Positions 62,019 to 64,000 of a stretch of 64,000 nt of DNA are shown in pieces (position 1 is the stretch's first letter; the number at the start of each line of letters is the position of its first letter). The notes under the pieces were generated by a model. That model saw only the letters and a program-made list of their open reading frames with translations, did not search any database and was not told the DNA's origin. The position numbers and the translations under genes were made by a program. Where the stretch lies: assembly GCA_937927435.1 (NCBI GenBank), contig CALBDW010000092.1, positions 7-64,006 of the forward strand, written 5' to 3'. The DNA comes from an uncultured Bdellovibrionales bacterium (lineage in GTDB: Bacteria; Bdellovibrionota; Bdellovibrionia; Bdellovibrionales; JAMPXM01).

Positions 62019-63086
62019 TTAGCGCGGGTCAATCTTTGCGGGTAAGGGGCGATAAGCTATGTCGGGTGAAAAATAGTTTGAGTTTACGGCGCCGATGTTG
62101 ACCGTCGAAAGATCGCGTCCATGGATGGCGAGTGCGCGGCGTACGTTGACAATGGCTTGTGATCGCGTGCGGCCCTTCAAGCTTTCATTCCGCTTTCCTG
62201 TTTGCATGAGATGGGCGATGCATTCTTCAGGAGAGAGTTTGAGGCGGCGTTGGGACAGTAATTTCGCGGCGATCCCCGAAACGAAAGCCGTGGCCTGGGA
62301 GGTGCCGGTCATAAAGCCTCTTTTGGCTTGCGGCAAAGCCGAAAGAATCGCTTCTCCCGGAGCCGCGAGATGAACGGTTCTCGTTCCGTAGTTACTGGTT
62401 GGAAGAAGGTTTTTTGTGGGGCCTACCGCTGTGACGGATAGGATGTTACTGATCTCATAACTTGCGGGATAGTAAGGAAGGACGTCGGTGTTCCAACCGT
62501 CGTTTCCAGCAGCGGCGACGAAGAGGACGCCGGCTTTGCGCGCTTCGGCGATGGCTGCTTTTTCTTCGTCATACGGCAGGTGTCCTCCGGCGGAAAAGTT
62601 AATGACCCGGGCTCCCATACGCACGGCATAGCGGATCGCGCGTACCGTGCTGGAAATATGCGAAGCTCCGCCTGCTTTCGGGTCGTAGTATTTTAGGAAC
62701 ATCAAGCGCGCGTTCGGCGCGACCTTGGCGATGATTCCGCCGATATGGGTCCCGTGTCCGTGGTTGTCCCGAAGGTCGGGACTGTTGTCGACGAAATTCC
62801 AGCCGCGCACGTCGTCAATGAGACCGTTCCCATCGTCGTCCACTCCGTTTGTCGCCTTATCGCGCCCCTGGGCATCCAAACCTGTTTCGCCGGGGTTTGT
62901 CCAGAGATGGTTCCTGAGGTCGGGATGGCGGATATCTACGCCCGTGTCGATCACGGCGACGATGATTTCCGACTCATTGTCTACAGCTCCGTCCTCATAG
63001 GCCACCATGCGTAGAGGCCAGTCCTCTTGCGCAAGAGCCGATTCTGCTGAGAGCGCGAAGGCGAGGAGAAATGCAGTTTTGGTCAT
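62019..63086 (-). CDS. secreted S8 (subtilisin-like) serine peptidase
   Basis: Signal peptide MTKTAFLLAFALSAESALA. VAVIDTGVD, HGHGTHIGG and TGTSQATAF triad contexts. Confidence 0.85.
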   Translation of the reverse strand: MTKTAFLLAFALSAESALAQEDWPLRMVAYEDGAVDNESEIIVAVIDTGVDIRHPDLRNHLWTNPGETGLDAQGRDKATNGVDDDGNGLIDDVRGWNFVDNSPDLRDNHGHGTHIGGIIAKVAPNARLMFLKYYDPKAGGASHISSTVRAIRYAVRMGARVINFSAGGHLPYDEEKAAIAEARKAGVLFVAAAGNDGWNTDVLPYYPASYEISNILSVTAVGPTKNLLPTSNYGTRTVHLAAPGEAILSALPQAKRGFMTGTSQATAFVSGIAAKLLSQRRLKLSPEECIAHLMQTGKRNESLKGRTRSQAIVNVRRALAIHGRDLSTVNIGAVNSNYFSPDIAYRPLPAKIDPR

Positions 63087-64000
63087 TAGAGCCTCCTTGT
63101 GGCTTTCAGTTTTTCGATCGAAAGAGCACGGCCGGTTTTCCTGTCGAAAGAGATGATGGTTTGCTCTTCGTTCGTTTCGATGGTCATTTGCGCCAGCAAG
63201 CGCCGGGAAAGTCCCAGTTCCCGGTACAGGAACTTGAAGCGGGCTTTCGATTTCATGTTGCCACCACAGCTACGTTCGACGTCGGCGATGAACGCCTCTT
63301 CCCCCTTGGTGCGCGATTCCGAGTAAGAGTAACTATCTTTACATCCTTGCGCGGGCCTGTATCCGATCACACGGTCATTCAGAGCGTCGTATTTCAATTC
63401 GGCGACAAGGCGGGCCCCTTGATGGATGGACGAGAGGTTGTGGAAATCGTCGTATCGATAACGCCAGAGAGTTTTCTTTCCTTGTCTTACCTCGATTAAG
63501 TCTCTTGAGTTGTGGATGTAGGTCACGCTTTCTCCGTTGCTTGCAAGGACCCGCTCGATCATTTGTGTTTGCGGGTTGTATTGAAAGCGGAACCAGAAAC
63601 CGTCTGATACGCGGAGTTCTTTTATTTGATCGGCCTCGTAGAAGAGTTGTGCGGTCTTGGTGGGCGAAAGCTTGAAAGAGATTGTTCTTCCGGTCTTAGC
63701 GTCAAAGGTTTGGAAGCGTGAAGGGCGTGAGATTTGTCCGTCTGCTTCGAATAAGCGGTCGTGCGGATCGGCCGGGTTTTGCCAAACGCCTTTTGCGGCA
63801 GGCACTGGAACGAAATCGATGAACTCAGAGTTGGCGCCGCATTCGTGGATGCGCCTAAGGCTGTCATTCACCTTGATCAGGCGCACATCAAAAGCGAAAC
63901 ACCAACCGAATCCGAGCGGGCCGGAGCGGTTGGAGCGGCTATGGTAGCGGCGCGTAAGAGAGGAAAGGTCATTCGCCGTATGCGAGAAGCTGCTTTCCCT
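63086..64000 (-). CDS. RHS/YD-repeat-like protein, 5' end beyond window
   Basis: The frame stays open upstream of the tracked GTG (63886) to base 64000 (..GPLGFGWCFAFDVRLIKV..). YD-type repeats WRYRYDDFHNLSSI, ELKYDALNDRVIGY and FRFQYNPQTQMIERV. Confidence 0.5.
   Translation of the reverse strand, partial: RESSFSHTANDLSSLTRRYHSRSNRSGPLGFGWCFAFDVRLIKVNDSLRRIHECGANSEFIDFVPVPAAKGVWQNPADPHDRLFEADGQISRPSRFQTFDAKTGRTISFKLSPTKTAQLFYEADQIKELRVSDGFWFRFQYNPQTQMIERVLASNGESVTYIHNSRDLIEVRQGKKTLWRYRYDDFHNLSSIHQGARLVAELKYDALNDRVIGYRPAQGCKDSYSYSESRTKGEEAFIADVERSCGGNMKSKARFKFLYRELGLSRRLLAQMTIETNEEQTIISFDRKTGRALSIEKLKATRRL

Noticed and set aside
1-64000. rRNA, tRNA or tmRNA genes.
   Set aside because: No intergenic region of suitable size showed cloverleaf-type complementarity or conserved rRNA sequence on visual inspection. 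A tRNAscan/Infernal run would be needed to be certain.

Overview
Chromosomal segment of a moderately GC-rich Gram-negative bacterium (composition judged by eye, not computed). The gene content includes an Agl/Glt-type gliding cluster with an AgmX/PglI-C protein, several secreted S8 peptidases and a class II ribonucleotide reductase. This suggests a Bdellovibrionota/Myxococcota-like lineage, but that is inference only.

Layout:
- 1-14 kb: dTDP-rhamnose operon (rmlADCB), galE and envelope-glycan membrane/glycosyltransferase genes. Three of these are disrupted, and the block is interrupted by an AT-rich 'mobile mystery protein A/B' (XRE-HTH + Fic) module.
- 14-34 kb: housekeeping genes. These are a hydrolase, OsmC, a LemA-TPM-TPM operon, IscA/cysteine desulfurase, nrdJ with tandem NrdR boxes, acyl-CoA dehydrogenase, a lycopene-cyclase-family gene, a YfcH-SRPBCC fusion, trmH, GT4, a GHMP kinase, queF, an RluA-methyltransferase fusion and fur.
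- 34-41 kb: htpX, envelope proteins and two ABC exporter genes.
- 41-47.2 kb: accessory island with an S8 peptidase, a frameshifted Cys-rich secreted protein and an 874-aa EF-hand lipoprotein.
- 47-50 kb: envelope proteins, thpR and a 38-codon basic ORF.
- 50.2-62 kb: ExbB/ExbD/ExbD-TPR-AgmX-OMP gliding-type cluster.
- 62-64 kb: a second S8 peptidase and an RHS/YD-like gene running off the window.

The most unusual signal is a dispersed family of 26-28-nt inverted-repeat arms (AAACTGGCTCAC-N4-GTGGKGATGA). I found 12 arms between 22.8 and 47.2 kb. They occur as singletons, as 86-99-bp head-to-head doublets with unrelated centres, and as one 656-bp unit carrying a decayed IS1-InsA-like zinc-ribbon/HTH gene. 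The arms abut or contain the stop codons of neighbouring genes and separate every gene of the accessory island.

No rRNA, tRNA or CRISPR array was recognised.
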